Of a stretch of DNA of 64,000 nt, positions 44,880-53,007 are shown piece after piece. How positions within the stretch are numbered: position 1 is the stretch's first letter; every line of letters starts with the position of its first letter. Source of the DNA: a virus; the IMG/VR virus record IMGVR_UViG_3300029825_000004; one strand, given 5' to 3'. A model generated the notes under the pieces. That model saw only the letters and a list, made by a program, of their open reading frames with translations. It made no database searches and was not told the DNA's origin. A program made the position numbers and the translations under genes.

Positions 44880-45150
44880 AGATAGAGGGAGACACACGGC
44901 AGACCGGGAGTTGAACCCGGCAAGGCTCTACGAAAACCGCATACCACCCGCACCGGCTGGGAGGGCCGGAAGTAGCCGAAGACACATCTTATTTGCAAAA
45001 CCCCCGCGCAGCGAGATTGTATCCCTCGCGGGAGGACGGGAACGCCGGGAAGGGACCCGGGCAGAGGCGAAACTGGAAGCACCGGACACGGGGCGGGAGG
45101 GATGCACGGATGACGATCTTTGACAACTAAATACGGATGTCCCGCTAGAA
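44880..45150 (+). ncRNA. Candidate structured non-coding RNA
   Basis: GC-rich, several hairpins, directly after strong promoter, no RBS-supported ORF. Confidence 0.5.
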
Positions 45151-45153
45151 TCC

Positions 45154-45193
45154 TAGCATGAGCTCTAAGCATGAGCTCTAAGTATGAGCTTTA
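45154..45193 (+). repeat. 13-bp tandem repeat x3
   Basis: TAGCATGAGCTC TAAGCATGAGCTC TAAGTATGAGCTT. Confidence 0.8.
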
Positions 45194-45228
45194 GGGCTGA
45201 TGTGAGGATTTTAGGGAGGGATGATAAC

Positions 45229-45438
45229 ATGAAGATGGAAATCACGTTGGGAGCAGACGAAGCAGCCGCCATTGCGCAGGTTGCCGAGGAACTAGGGAAG
45301 GACCTAGAAACTGCCATACATGAGCTAGTCCTCCGGGGCTACGGACAGTGGCAGAACGAGCGGAGTATCCAGGCCATGCAGAGGCACAGCGAGGAGTACC
45401 GGAGAGTGCACCCGGTTAGCACCGGGCTGCAGAGATAG
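45229..45438 (+). CDS. Small protein, possibly RHH-like
   Basis: AGGGAGGG RBS; MEITLGADEAAAIAQVAEELGKDLETAIHELV. Confidence 0.55.
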   Translation: MKMEITLGADEAAAIAQVAEELGKDLETAIHELVLRGYGQWQNERSIQAMQRHSEEYRRVHPVSTGLQR

Positions 45439-45524
45439 CAGAGTGACGGGGAGAAATCCCTGGTAATGCGCACCGCTCAGTAGGGCGGTCCCGGTCACAA
45501 GCCCGGCAGAAAGGAAGGGGAAAG

Positions 45525-45755
45525 ATGATATATAGAATTACTGTTGACAATGGGCGCTTCCCGTTGACCTGCGATTGCACCACGGCACATGAGGCACTTG
45601 GTTGCATTGAGGCCCTCACAACCGGATTACTTAGCAATGCACCTATAGATTGGAACATGGACGCTATCATGAACAATCTCATTGAAATGAAAAAAGGGAA
45701 TATGCTCAGAGAGAGCAATGCTTGGTGGGCAATTGAGCGAATAGAGGATGACTAA
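45525..45755 (+). CDS. Hypothetical early protein
   Basis: AAAGGAAGGGG RBS, 76 aa. Confidence 0.65.
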   Translation: MIYRITVDNGRFPLTCDCTTAHEALGCIEALTTGLLSNAPIDWNMDAIMNNLIEMKKGNMLRESNAWWAIERIEDD

Positions 45756-45806
45756 TCCCGCCTGATAATAGGCCAGCCGGAGCTAATCCCGGCAGAAAGG
45801 AAGCGA

Positions 45807-46115
45807 ATGAAAATGTTAAAAACAGCAAGAACATTTGACGGTGCGTGGGCTGTTGTTGTAGAGAACAAAGAACAGGAACCCTGGGCAATATTTTGCAACA
45901 AGGAAGATGCGGAGGAATACATCGCTGAGGTTATACTGGTCTACAATGATGGCGAATTAGTGCATGCCGGAAGCCTGGAAAGTTTCTTGGCGGATAATGG
46001 GCACGATGAATGGCTAACAGAAGAATGCAAAAAGCTCGAAATAATGGGCAGTATTGAGTTTAGCGACATATCTGGTGACTGGCTCATAAAAAGAGAGCGC
46101 CAGAATCCGCAGTAG
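45807..46115 (+). CDS. Hypothetical acidic early protein
   Basis: AAAGGA RBS, 102 aa, D/E-rich. Confidence 0.65.
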   Translation: MKMLKTARTFDGAWAVVVENKEQEPWAIFCNKEDAEEYIAEVILVYNDGELVHAGSLESFLADNGHDEWLTEECKKLEIMGSIEFSDISGDWLIKRERQNPQ

Positions 46116-46155
46116 GCCAGCCGGCGCCAATGCCGGCGCGAGGGGCAACAACTCC

Positions 46156-46184
46156 TTGTAATATAAAGCAAGCAAGCGTATAAT
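46156..46184 (+). promoter_or_regulatory. Sigma-A promoter
   Basis: TTGTAA-N17-TATAAT with AAGC repeats in the spacer. Confidence 0.75.
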
Positions 46185-46216
46185 ATTACCCAAAACGAGC
46201 AAGGAGGATTAGGTAT

Positions 46217-46369
46217 ATGGCACAAGTAATGGTACAGCTAAATTTCAGATTACCCGTTGCCCTAAACGAGAAGTTAGAGGCGCTCGCTAAGGACACCGGA
46301 AAGACGAAAACTGAGATAGTTGCCACAGCCTTGGAAGAATATTTTGAGAGGGCCGAAAAGAAAGACTAG
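46217..46369 (+). CDS. Ribbon-helix-helix regulator (50 aa)
   Basis: Hand translation MAQVMVQLNFRLPVALNEKLEALAKDTGKTKTEIVATALEEYF; AAGGAGG RBS. Confidence 0.8.
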   Translation: MAQVMVQLNFRLPVALNEKLEALAKDTGKTKTEIVATALEEYFERAEKKD

Positions 46370-46413
46370 CCTGGCAGCTCGAAAAGGAGCGGGGAGAAAG
46401 GAGAAGGGAACAT

Positions 46414-46671
46414 ATGGAAAAGAGGATTAAGAATTTAGTAGACTTAATTAATGGTTTGGACCTAGAAGGGGTATCTGCAAGATATACCGGAACCCCTAAG
46501 AATCCGGATTTCATTTTGGAAATCGCAAATCGATTTGAGGAAAGATTTGACAATATTGAGGATATGTCCGAATGTCTTAATTTCCGCAACAAGCAGGAGG
46601 ACGATGGCCTATTGGACGATGTAGACCAGGCCATATGCGAGGCCGCGCGGGAGGCCGGGCTTCTTTCATAA
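46414..46671 (+). CDS. Hypothetical acidic early protein
   Basis: 85 aa, strong RBS. Confidence 0.65.
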   Translation: MEKRIKNLVDLINGLDLEGVSARYTGTPKNPDFILEIANRFEERFDNIEDMSECLNFRNKQEDDGLLDDVDQAICEAAREAGLLS

Positions 46672-46695
46672 ATTAGATTTTAAGGAGGAATAAAA

Positions 46696-47070
46696 ATGAA
46701 GATTATAACCAAGAGCCACATCGACGAGATTCACGCCGCCGGACCTAATTTTAGCAGCGCGGTAAGTGATGATGGATTGTATAGCTTGCTCAGTGGCGCA
46801 ACCGGCTATGTGAGCATCAACTGCGCCCTGAGCGGGTTGGATGACAACACTATCGGCAAGACCGGCTGGCACGTAGTTTATCTGCCGCAGCCTGGAGATT
46901 GCCCCGATGCCCTGCTGGCAGGTGCGCGGGAGTTTAGTCGAGTAGTTGACGCAATTGTCACCGAGCGCAAGGCATTTGCGGACAAGGCAGCTGATGATAT
47001 AGCTGCCCATGATAGCAACATTTGCCCCAAGTGCGGGACGTACTGTTATGGTGATTGCGAGGGCAACTAG
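46696..47070 (+). CDS. Hypothetical protein with C-terminal CPKCGTYCYGDC motif
   Basis: AAGGAGG RBS, 124 aa. Confidence 0.7.
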   Translation: MKIITKSHIDEIHAAGPNFSSAVSDDGLYSLLSGATGYVSINCALSGLDDNTIGKTGWHVVYLPQPGDCPDALLAGAREFSRVVDAIVTERKAFADKAADDIAAHDSNICPKCGTYCYGDCEGN

Positions 47071-47204
47071 CCTCAGAAAAGCAAATGAGGGGTTAATCCC
47101 CTCTTGCTACACAAACTAATTTGTTTTTATCCACGCTCAATAGCGACTAGCAACACTTAAAGGGTAACACAACTATCCCAACAAAGTAAAGGAGGATATT
47201 AATA

Positions 47205-47507
47205 ATGGCAGAAATAAAAATCTATAAAATCACCTGCACGAGAGCAGTTATGATGGACGAGCAAGGAGAGGGCTACTCCTTGTATCCGTGGGGTGATGAT
47301 ACCTGCTCTTATGAGGGTTATGACGATGGCGGGGAAATGTATGTGCTGCCGGCTGGGTACAAGGTCGGGAGATCTCAGTACGGGGAAAAGTGCATTTACA
47401 ATGCTAAGGGCAGTTACTGCCCGCTAACCAAGCAGTACAACAGTCCGGCAATAGTAGATTCTGATTTTAACTGCGATGCGACAGTAATGCTAAAAAGGGC
47501 ACAATGA
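47205..47507 (+). CDS. Hypothetical early protein
   Basis: AAAGGAGG RBS, 100 aa. Confidence 0.7.
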   Translation: MAEIKIYKITCTRAVMMDEQGEGYSLYPWGDDTCSYEGYDDGGEMYVLPAGYKVGRSQYGEKCIYNAKGSYCPLTKQYNSPAIVDSDFNCDATVMLKRAQ

Positions 47508-47526
47508 TAACTTGGAGGTGTTGGCT

Positions 47527-48018
47527 ATGGGGCGTAAATCTATATCACAGCGGCTGTCTGCTGCCAAGTCACCGGACACTAAGGCAGAAATAAAAGCAGA
47601 GTGGGCAGCTGCATGGGAGTCCGAAACAATGCAAGTTTTTGCCCGACTGGAGCGGGCTATACAGCGGAATGACTTTGACGAGCTGTGTATTTCTGCGGGC
47701 CAGCTTAAGGCAGTCTTGCAAAAGCATTTTACTGCGCTCCCGAATGTATTAAAAAGCGGCGAGAATGTCCCCTCAGTAGACCCGCCAGAGCCATTGGGCT
47801 CAGCAGAAGAACCATGTAAGTCTCAAAAAGTTATCCCTCTTATGCCGGAGGGATATATAACTCTCCGTGAGTGGTCGATTAAAAACGGCAAGAGCCCGCG
47901 AAGGGGTCAAAGAATACTTGTGGAGCAGCCTAATGTTGTGCCCGCAATAAAAGTACGTAATCCTCGCGGGGGTGTAGACATATGGGCTGTGCCCGAAAAT
48001 ACGCCTTGGCCGTTTTAG
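47527..48018 (+). CDS. Hypothetical protein with C-terminal HTH-like domain
   Basis: GGAGGTG RBS; YITLREWSIKNGKS...IWAVPENTPWP motif. Confidence 0.65.
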   Translation: MGRKSISQRLSAAKSPDTKAEIKAEWAAAWESETMQVFARLERAIQRNDFDELCISAGQLKAVLQKHFTALPNVLKSGENVPSVDPPEPLGSAEEPCKSQKVIPLMPEGYITLREWSIKNGKSPRRGQRILVEQPNVVPAIKVRNPRGGVDIWAVPENTPWPF

Positions 48019-48104
48019 ATAACGTATAACTCGCCTTTCCCCTGCTCCTTCTCAGGGGGTGGGGATAAGGGCGAGAGCTCAAGCAAAACAAAGGAGGGAA
48101 CAGC

Positions 48105-48482
48105 ATGAAATGGTACGCAGCAACCACAGTCGCGCCCGATGGTAAAGATTACGTCGGCATCAATGAGTATTACGGCGGCGAAGAATCTCAGGAGGGATTT
48201 GTCAGTCTGCATGGCTCAGAGGACGAAGCGGAGGCGGCTTGTATCAAGTACGCTCAGGAGCAGGGGTTGCCGTTGTTTGCGGATTATAGGGAGGGAAAGA
48301 GAATGGAAAAGAAACTATATAGATGCTGCAACACTTGCGCTCACAAAGATAACAGTTTTTATCAATGTAGTAAGGCGTCGGAATGTTATAACGGCTTTAG
48401 TGCTTATAGTCCAAACGAAGAAATGAAAAAGCAAGAATCGAAAATAGAAACGGAAAAGCCCCAGCCTGCCAGCCGGAGCTAA
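48105..48482 (+). CDS. Hypothetical protein
   Basis: AAGGAGGG RBS; C-terminal CCNTC..C cluster. Confidence 0.6.
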   Translation: MKWYAATTVAPDGKDYVGINEYYGGEESQEGFVSLHGSEDEAEAACIKYAQEQGLPLFADYREGKRMEKKLYRCCNTCAHKDNSFYQCSKASECYNGFSAYSPNEEMKKQESKIETEKPQPASRS

Positions 48483-48583
48483 TCCCTCAGTAACACACAT
48501 AACCGGGGGTTATATGCGTCCCTCAGTAAGACCATTATAACCCCGGACTCAGTAAAAAATCAATTTTGGGAAAGGGTTTTTTT

Positions 48584-48994
48584 ATGGGTAAAACGAACAT
48601 TCAGCAGAAAAATTATATGCGTGCGAAGGCATTGGTTGAAACTCTCGAAGCAGAGGCTGAACGCATCGAAAAAGCCTATATAACTCAGCATGGCATTGTT
48701 AATCCTGATGGCTCAGTACCGAACAGAATCTATGATATAGAGGACGAAGTCGTATTTGACAGTGTCAACGAAGAAACGGTGGCGGAGATTGATGCCCTGG
48801 GCTTATACGAAGCCCGAGAAATCCTGCGTGAAGCGGAAAACGAACTAATTAAATACGGTCTTTCCATTGTTCCCGCCAAAGAGCGGCAAATACTCAGTGA
48901 CCGCTGTTTTGGCAATAATGGCCATTATGTGCACGTTGATATCCGGCAGAAGGTTATAGAGATTTGGCTTGGAAACTTGATGTTTCGACCGTGA
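48584..48994 (+). CDS. Hypothetical acidic protein
   Basis: ATG at 48584; GIVNPDGSVP..IYDIED motif. Confidence 0.65.
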   Translation: MGKTNIQQKNYMRAKALVETLEAEAERIEKAYITQHGIVNPDGSVPNRIYDIEDEVVFDSVNEETVAEIDALGLYEAREILREAENELIKYGLSIVPAKERQILSDRCFGNNGHYVHVDIRQKVIEIWLGNLMFRP

Positions 48995-49041
48995 CAACTG
49001 GGGCGGTTTAATCCGCTCCCGGCTCAGTAAGGAGGAACCCT

Positions 49042-49155
49042 ATGGACGAATTAAAAGCCCTAATTTCAGGGCTCAAAAACGACATAAACGACCTGCGCCT
49101 AATCGTTGATGATCTTGAATGCAGGATTGAAATTTTAGAAGGGAGCGAAGAATAA
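49042..49155 (+). CDS. Small coiled-coil protein (37 aa)
   Basis: AAGGAGG RBS; MDELKALISGLKNDINDLRLIVDDLECRIEILE. Confidence 0.55.
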   Translation: MDELKALISGLKNDINDLRLIVDDLECRIEILEGSEE

Positions 49156-49156
49156 T

Positions 49157-49444
49157 ATGTGGAAATGGGATTATGACGAAGAATTATTACCGGCGAATAT
49201 CAGCGAAATCCTAATTGATGAGGACGGCAATAAAATCCTCAGCATCGGCGGGGAGGCCGTAGAGGGATTTTACTTCAAGATAACAGAGGAGAATAAGCGG
49301 CTTATTGCCGCTACTCCCGATATATATGAGTGTCTGAGGAGTATAATTAATGACTTGCCCCTAAATCGCGATTGGTTAGACCCAGAATTAGAGTGGAGGG
49401 CGAAGCAAGCCCTCCGTAAAGCCGAAGGGAGGGGTACCGAATGA
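49157..49444 (+). CDS. Hypothetical protein
   Basis: LIAATPDIYECL motif, 95 aa. Confidence 0.6.
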   Translation: MWKWDYDEELLPANISEILIDEDGNKILSIGGEAVEGFYFKITEENKRLIAATPDIYECLRSIINDLPLNRDWLDPELEWRAKQALRKAEGRGTE

Positions 49445-50190
49445 ACGAGCAAGCAATAGCTGAATTAATAGCCTCTATTCCCGGCGCAACCGTGGAAATC
49501 TCAGAGGATGCCATAAAAATTACCAATGCGCCCGGCCTCAGTAGCCTCAGTAGCCCACAAAAGAAAACCAGGGGCAAGCGAAAGGCTAAAAAGCTACCCA
49601 AAACAATTACCTCAGAACAGTTTGTCCAGTTGGTGGGGGTAATTAATCCGGATAAAGATTACCCTACCGGCAAAGGCAGACGGAATGTTACAGACCTCAG
49701 AAATCGGGTTATATTAGAAACGCTGTATCGCGCCGGGTTAAGGATACAGGAACTATGCGACCTGGCCCCTGCCGATGTGAATCTAAAAAAAGGGATTCTG
49801 TACGTCCAGGAAGGCAAAAACGATAGGGACAGAAAAATTCCTTTTGGTGAAGAATTGCAATGCTGGTTTAAGCGGTGGATAGAAGTGCGCCCTCAGGGGG
49901 CAGAGTATTTATTCTGTACCGCCAGAGGAGGGCAGTTGGACACCCGACAAGTCCGGGCAATGGTGGAGCGCGTCAGTAATAAATCGGGAGTCTTCATCCA
50001 GTCCGGTAAAAAGCAAAAGCCGGTTTGGCCCCATGCCTTGCGGCATACCTGCGCTACCAACTGGCTTGACCAAGGGCTTAACATTCGCGAGGTACAGGAG
50101 CTCTTAGGGCATGAGGTGGTCAGTACCACTATGAGGTATACCCATGTCTCTATGAAGGACCTGGACAAGAAGATCAAGGCACTTGGGTAG
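49441..50190 (+). CDS. Tyrosine recombinase, catalytic domain only (Xer/Fim-like)
   Basis: R (AGLRIQE), K (GKND), HALRH, LLGH, Y (TTMRYTH) catalytic residues; no core-binding domain. Confidence 0.9.
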   Translation: MNEQAIAELIASIPGATVEISEDAIKITNAPGLSSLSSPQKKTRGKRKAKKLPKTITSEQFVQLVGVINPDKDYPTGKGRRNVTDLRNRVILETLYRAGLRIQELCDLAPADVNLKKGILYVQEGKNDRDRKIPFGEELQCWFKRWIEVRPQGAEYLFCTARGGQLDTRQVRAMVERVSNKSGVFIQSGKKQKPVWPHALRHTCATNWLDQGLNIREVQELLGHEVVSTTMRYTHVSMKDLDKKIKALG

Positions 50191-50229
50191 CTCAGAAGTC
50201 CTACCCTCAGTAGAAGAAAGGAGTAATCC

Positions 50230-50451
50230 ATGGATCTTAAAGCTGTAGTCCTGGAGTGCTATAATAACGATGACATTATTAAAGAATTTAATAGGCTTAC
50301 CGGGCATCAATTGAAGAAACCGATTTGGAATGACATTGATACACTAATTGATGATGCCTGCAATTATAAACCCAATGAAAAAGGAATAATTGAATTTATT
50401 CAATTTGTCGAGCAATTTATCTGGATGCCATTAGCAGTAAATCCTCAGTAA
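50230..50451 (+). CDS. Hypothetical protein
   Basis: AAAGGAG RBS, 73 aa. Confidence 0.6.
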   Translation: MDLKAVVLECYNNDDIIKEFNRLTGHQLKKPIWNDIDTLIDDACNYKPNEKGIIEFIQFVEQFIWMPLAVNPQ

Positions 50452-50466
50452 CGGCCAGACACCCCT

Positions 50467-50503
50467 GCCTCAGTAGGTCAAGCGGCTTACTGAGGTTTTT
50501 TAT
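50467..50503 (+). terminator. Intrinsic terminator closing the leader block
   Basis: CCTCAGTAG...TTACTGAGG followed by TTTTTTATT. Confidence 0.7.
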
Positions 50504-50716
50504 TGCCTAAAATATCGCGTATGAGCATTTACTGCCAAAACCGAGCTAAGCAGGAAATGGACAAGGGAAGCGGCTGCTTAAAACTGCCGCTGACCCCGGA
50601 GAAGAGCTGCGCCTGACCGCCCGGGAGAAAGAGCCGCAGGTCAGCTGGAGGCAAAAGAAAAGGCCGGGGAGCGCCCCCCGGCCAGCTAAATACGCACTAC
50701 ACAGTAACTACGCAGT

Positions 50717-50899
50717 TTACTCCTTAAATGGTGGTTTATCAAGGCTTGGAATAGGGTTCGAAACCCTGCCAGCTTCATAGTTTGCAATATTTGTTCTTTT
50801 CATCTCTAATTTTTCGGCTAATTGCTCTTGAGATAATCCGCACTCTTCCCTTCTTGTTTTAATCCGCACTCCTATTTCCTTCTTAATATCTTTACTCAT
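50717..50899 (-). pseudogene. Truncated XRE-family (cI/ImmR-like) repressor
   Basis: IGVRIK..REECGLSQEQLAEKL..KRTNIANYEAGR HTH, then stop after 60 aa. Confidence 0.7.
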
Positions 50900-50943
50900 T
50901 TATAAACCTCCAAAATTTTTTTACACAAAGCGGCATACACCTA

Positions 50944-50993
50944 TTGACTTACTTTAAAATGACGTTTATTATTAAGATGTCATTATAAAGTAA
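50944..50993 (+). promoter_or_regulatory. Cro promoter with inverted-repeat operator
   Basis: TTGACT-N17-TATTAT; TTACTTTAAAATGAC / GTCATTATAAAGTAA inverted repeat with one mismatch. Confidence 0.7.
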
Positions 50994-51017
50994 GCGCGAA
51001 GGGTGGTGATAAAATTG

Positions 51018-51251
51018 ATGCCCGACAGAAGATCGCAATTTAGAAAATATCGCAAAATATACAATGTTTCCCAACGTAAAGTATCCATAGACCTTAACGT
51101 AAGCGAAAATCACATCCGAAATATCGAATCAGGGCGCGGGAATCCTGATGCTAAATTGTTATTTAAATTATGTAATTATTTTGGCGCTAAACCAGAAGAA
51201 TTATTTCCTGATCTTGCTTGCGTTAGTGTTCCCAGTCCTAAAAGAGCTTAG
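51018..51251 (+). CDS. cro: Cro-like HTH regulator
   Basis: SQRKVSIDLNVSENHIRNIESGRGNP HTH, divergent from repressor. Confidence 0.8.
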   Translation: MPDRRSQFRKYRKIYNVSQRKVSIDLNVSENHIRNIESGRGNPDAKLLFKLCNYFGAKPEELFPDLACVSVPSPKRA

Positions 51252-51327
51252 TCATTATTATAAACCGTTATTTAAAATAACGCAATAAAACAATTAATTT
51301 ATTTTAAAAAAACAAGAAGGTGACGGC

Positions 51328-52077
51328 ATGAGTAATATTGTTAAACGCGATTTTAAGGGAATCTCTGTTGCATTTGAAGGCAAAGAAAAAGTGAGTTTAA
51401 CAGATTTATGGAAGGCGGCTGATAGCCCCGATAATAAGAATCCAAATGAATGGATTCGCTATGCTGGCGCTGAGTTTATTGAAGAATTATCCAAAAAATT
51501 AAATACGGGGATAACCCATATTATAACCTCCAAGCGCGGCAAGGGTGGGGGGACATGGGCTCACTGGCAAGTTGCCTTAGCCTATGCTAAATATCTCTCT
51601 CCTGAACTTCATATGTTTGTCAATCAATGCTTCATGGAGCGCATACAGGAAGAAAATAATCCGGAGCTCGCTATTACTCGAGGCAGAGAACGCGCCATCC
51701 GCAAGTGGAAAAAAGAAGGCAAGTCTGATGAATGGATAGCGGCCAGGATACGAACCATTAATGCGGCTAAAACAAATAATCGTGTTTTAAAAAAGCATGG
51801 TGATGATTATATGGTCTTTCCCATGTGCGCTAACGCAATGAATCGGCAGATATTGGGCATGGAGGCTAAGCAGTACAAGGAAGCCCGTGGATTACCCGTC
51901 AAATCCACAACCCGCGACTTTCTTGATGATATTCAATTAGCCGAGCTCGAATTATCCAGCCTTGTAAGCGCAAAGCGCATTCAAGATGATTCCATTTACG
52001 GTAACCAAGCCTGTGCCAGCGTCCACGAGGTAATTGCTGGTCGTGTTCATAAGGCCGTAACGGTGCGCGGAGTATAA
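51328..52077 (+). CDS. KilA-N domain antirepressor-like protein
   Basis: SLTDLWKA, GGGTWAHWQVALAYAKYLSPE motifs. Confidence 0.85.
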   Translation: MSNIVKRDFKGISVAFEGKEKVSLTDLWKAADSPDNKNPNEWIRYAGAEFIEELSKKLNTGITHIITSKRGKGGGTWAHWQVALAYAKYLSPELHMFVNQCFMERIQEENNPELAITRGRERAIRKWKKEGKSDEWIAARIRTINAAKTNNRVLKKHGDDYMVFPMCANAMNRQILGMEAKQYKEARGLPVKSTTRDFLDDIQLAELELSSLVSAKRIQDDSIYGNQACASVHEVIAGRVHKAVTVRGV

Positions 52078-52089
52078 GGAGGATTAATA

Positions 52090-52305
52090 ATGCGTGAGCC
52101 AGACGGATACAGAGAACAATTAGAACGTCTGTCCGAGTGCTACCCAGGCATAGAGGTCCTGACCTTGCCGGAAGTATGCAAAATGCTCAGGCGTCACCGG
52201 CAAACCCTACTGGCAGATAAGAGTTTTCCAGCCAAGCGGTTGGGCGGCAAGGGGAAATATTACATACCCATAGTTGGATTAGCCAGATGGATGATGACAC
52301 GCTAG
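52090..52305 (+). CDS. Excisionase-like HTH protein
   Basis: VLTLPEVCKML...GKYYIP..GLARWM winged-helix pattern. Confidence 0.65.
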   Translation: MREPDGYREQLERLSECYPGIEVLTLPEVCKMLRRHRQTLLADKSFPAKRLGGKGKYYIPIVGLARWMMTR

Positions 52306-52631
52306 GCAAAAAACTTATCAGTCCTATTACCTTGAAAGGTGTGATTCTTACCTCGACATCTCCTTAACGGGAGCTATAAACCCTTCGACCTTTGCGGGCG
52401 GTATATCTGGAGCCATTGTGCCGGGACGAGCAGCAAAGGGCAGGCCTGAGTGAATGAAAGCTACGGGTTATTGAGGGGTAAGTAACCTAGCCGACGGACT
52501 GGGCGAAGAATAAGGACGCAGCAAGAATTTCAGTAAGACAAGCCTATGACGATAGAGATTGATTATAGAGGAGAGAGCATTGGCAACAAGAATAAACCCC
52601 CTCATGGAAATAGAATAGGAGGAACAATCAA

Positions 52632-52895
52632 GTGAAAACAAAAACCACTTATGAGTGCGAAAAATGCGGCATGGAATTCGATAGTTACGAGAAGTGTCTA
52701 AATCATGAAGAAAACAAGCATATAGACCCGGATTTCCTTGCCGGTTTTCATCTATTTAAAACTACGCATCCAAGGGATGGAATTTATCCAGTAGTAGTGG
52801 ATATTCCTATGAAAGACGGCGCTATAGTGCGTTATTCTTCTATTAAAACAATTAGGCAACCACAAGAAAAAAGCCCATGCGCCAACATGGACTAA
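52632..52895 (+). CDS. Hypothetical zinc-finger protein
   Basis: YECEKCG.EF..YEKCLNHE C2H2-like motif. Confidence 0.65.
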   Translation: MKTKTTYECEKCGMEFDSYEKCLNHEENKHIDPDFLAGFHLFKTTHPRDGIYPVVVDIPMKDGAIVRYSSIKTIRQPQEKSPCANMD

Positions 52896-53007
52896 AAACA
52901 AATATGTACTTATAGTTTACAATTAAATACTTATGCAGACAAGGAGAATTTATGCAGGGCAGGATTGAAATATTCTGCCCTGTTTCGATTTAAGGAGGAA
53001 TCATAAA

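Larger units (their letters stand above)
47072..50475 (+). repeat. Dispersed, strand-polar CTCAG(TA) motif cluster
   Basis: Hand count: 25 CTCAG (12 CTCAGTA) on + strand versus one CTGAG in about 3.4 kb. Confidence 0.8.

Noticed and set aside
44809-45172. Overlapping 104-aa (+) and 105-aa (-) ORFs
   Set aside because: No RBS, Pro/Arg/Gly-rich low-complexity translation, and the + ORF starts upstream of the promoter; better explained as structured RNA.
45154-45193. Possible mini-CRISPR array
   Set aside because: Units are 13 bp and adjacent with no spacers; no cas genes.
50745-50785. GGGTTCGAAACCC as a tRNA-derived attP core
   Set aside because: Resembles a T-loop but there is no extended tRNA 3' match and no adjacent full integrase; cannot be supported without a host genome.
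52440-52465. Hammerhead-like CTGAGTGA...GAAA
   Set aside because: Core spacing does not match CUGANGA and stem II is missing.
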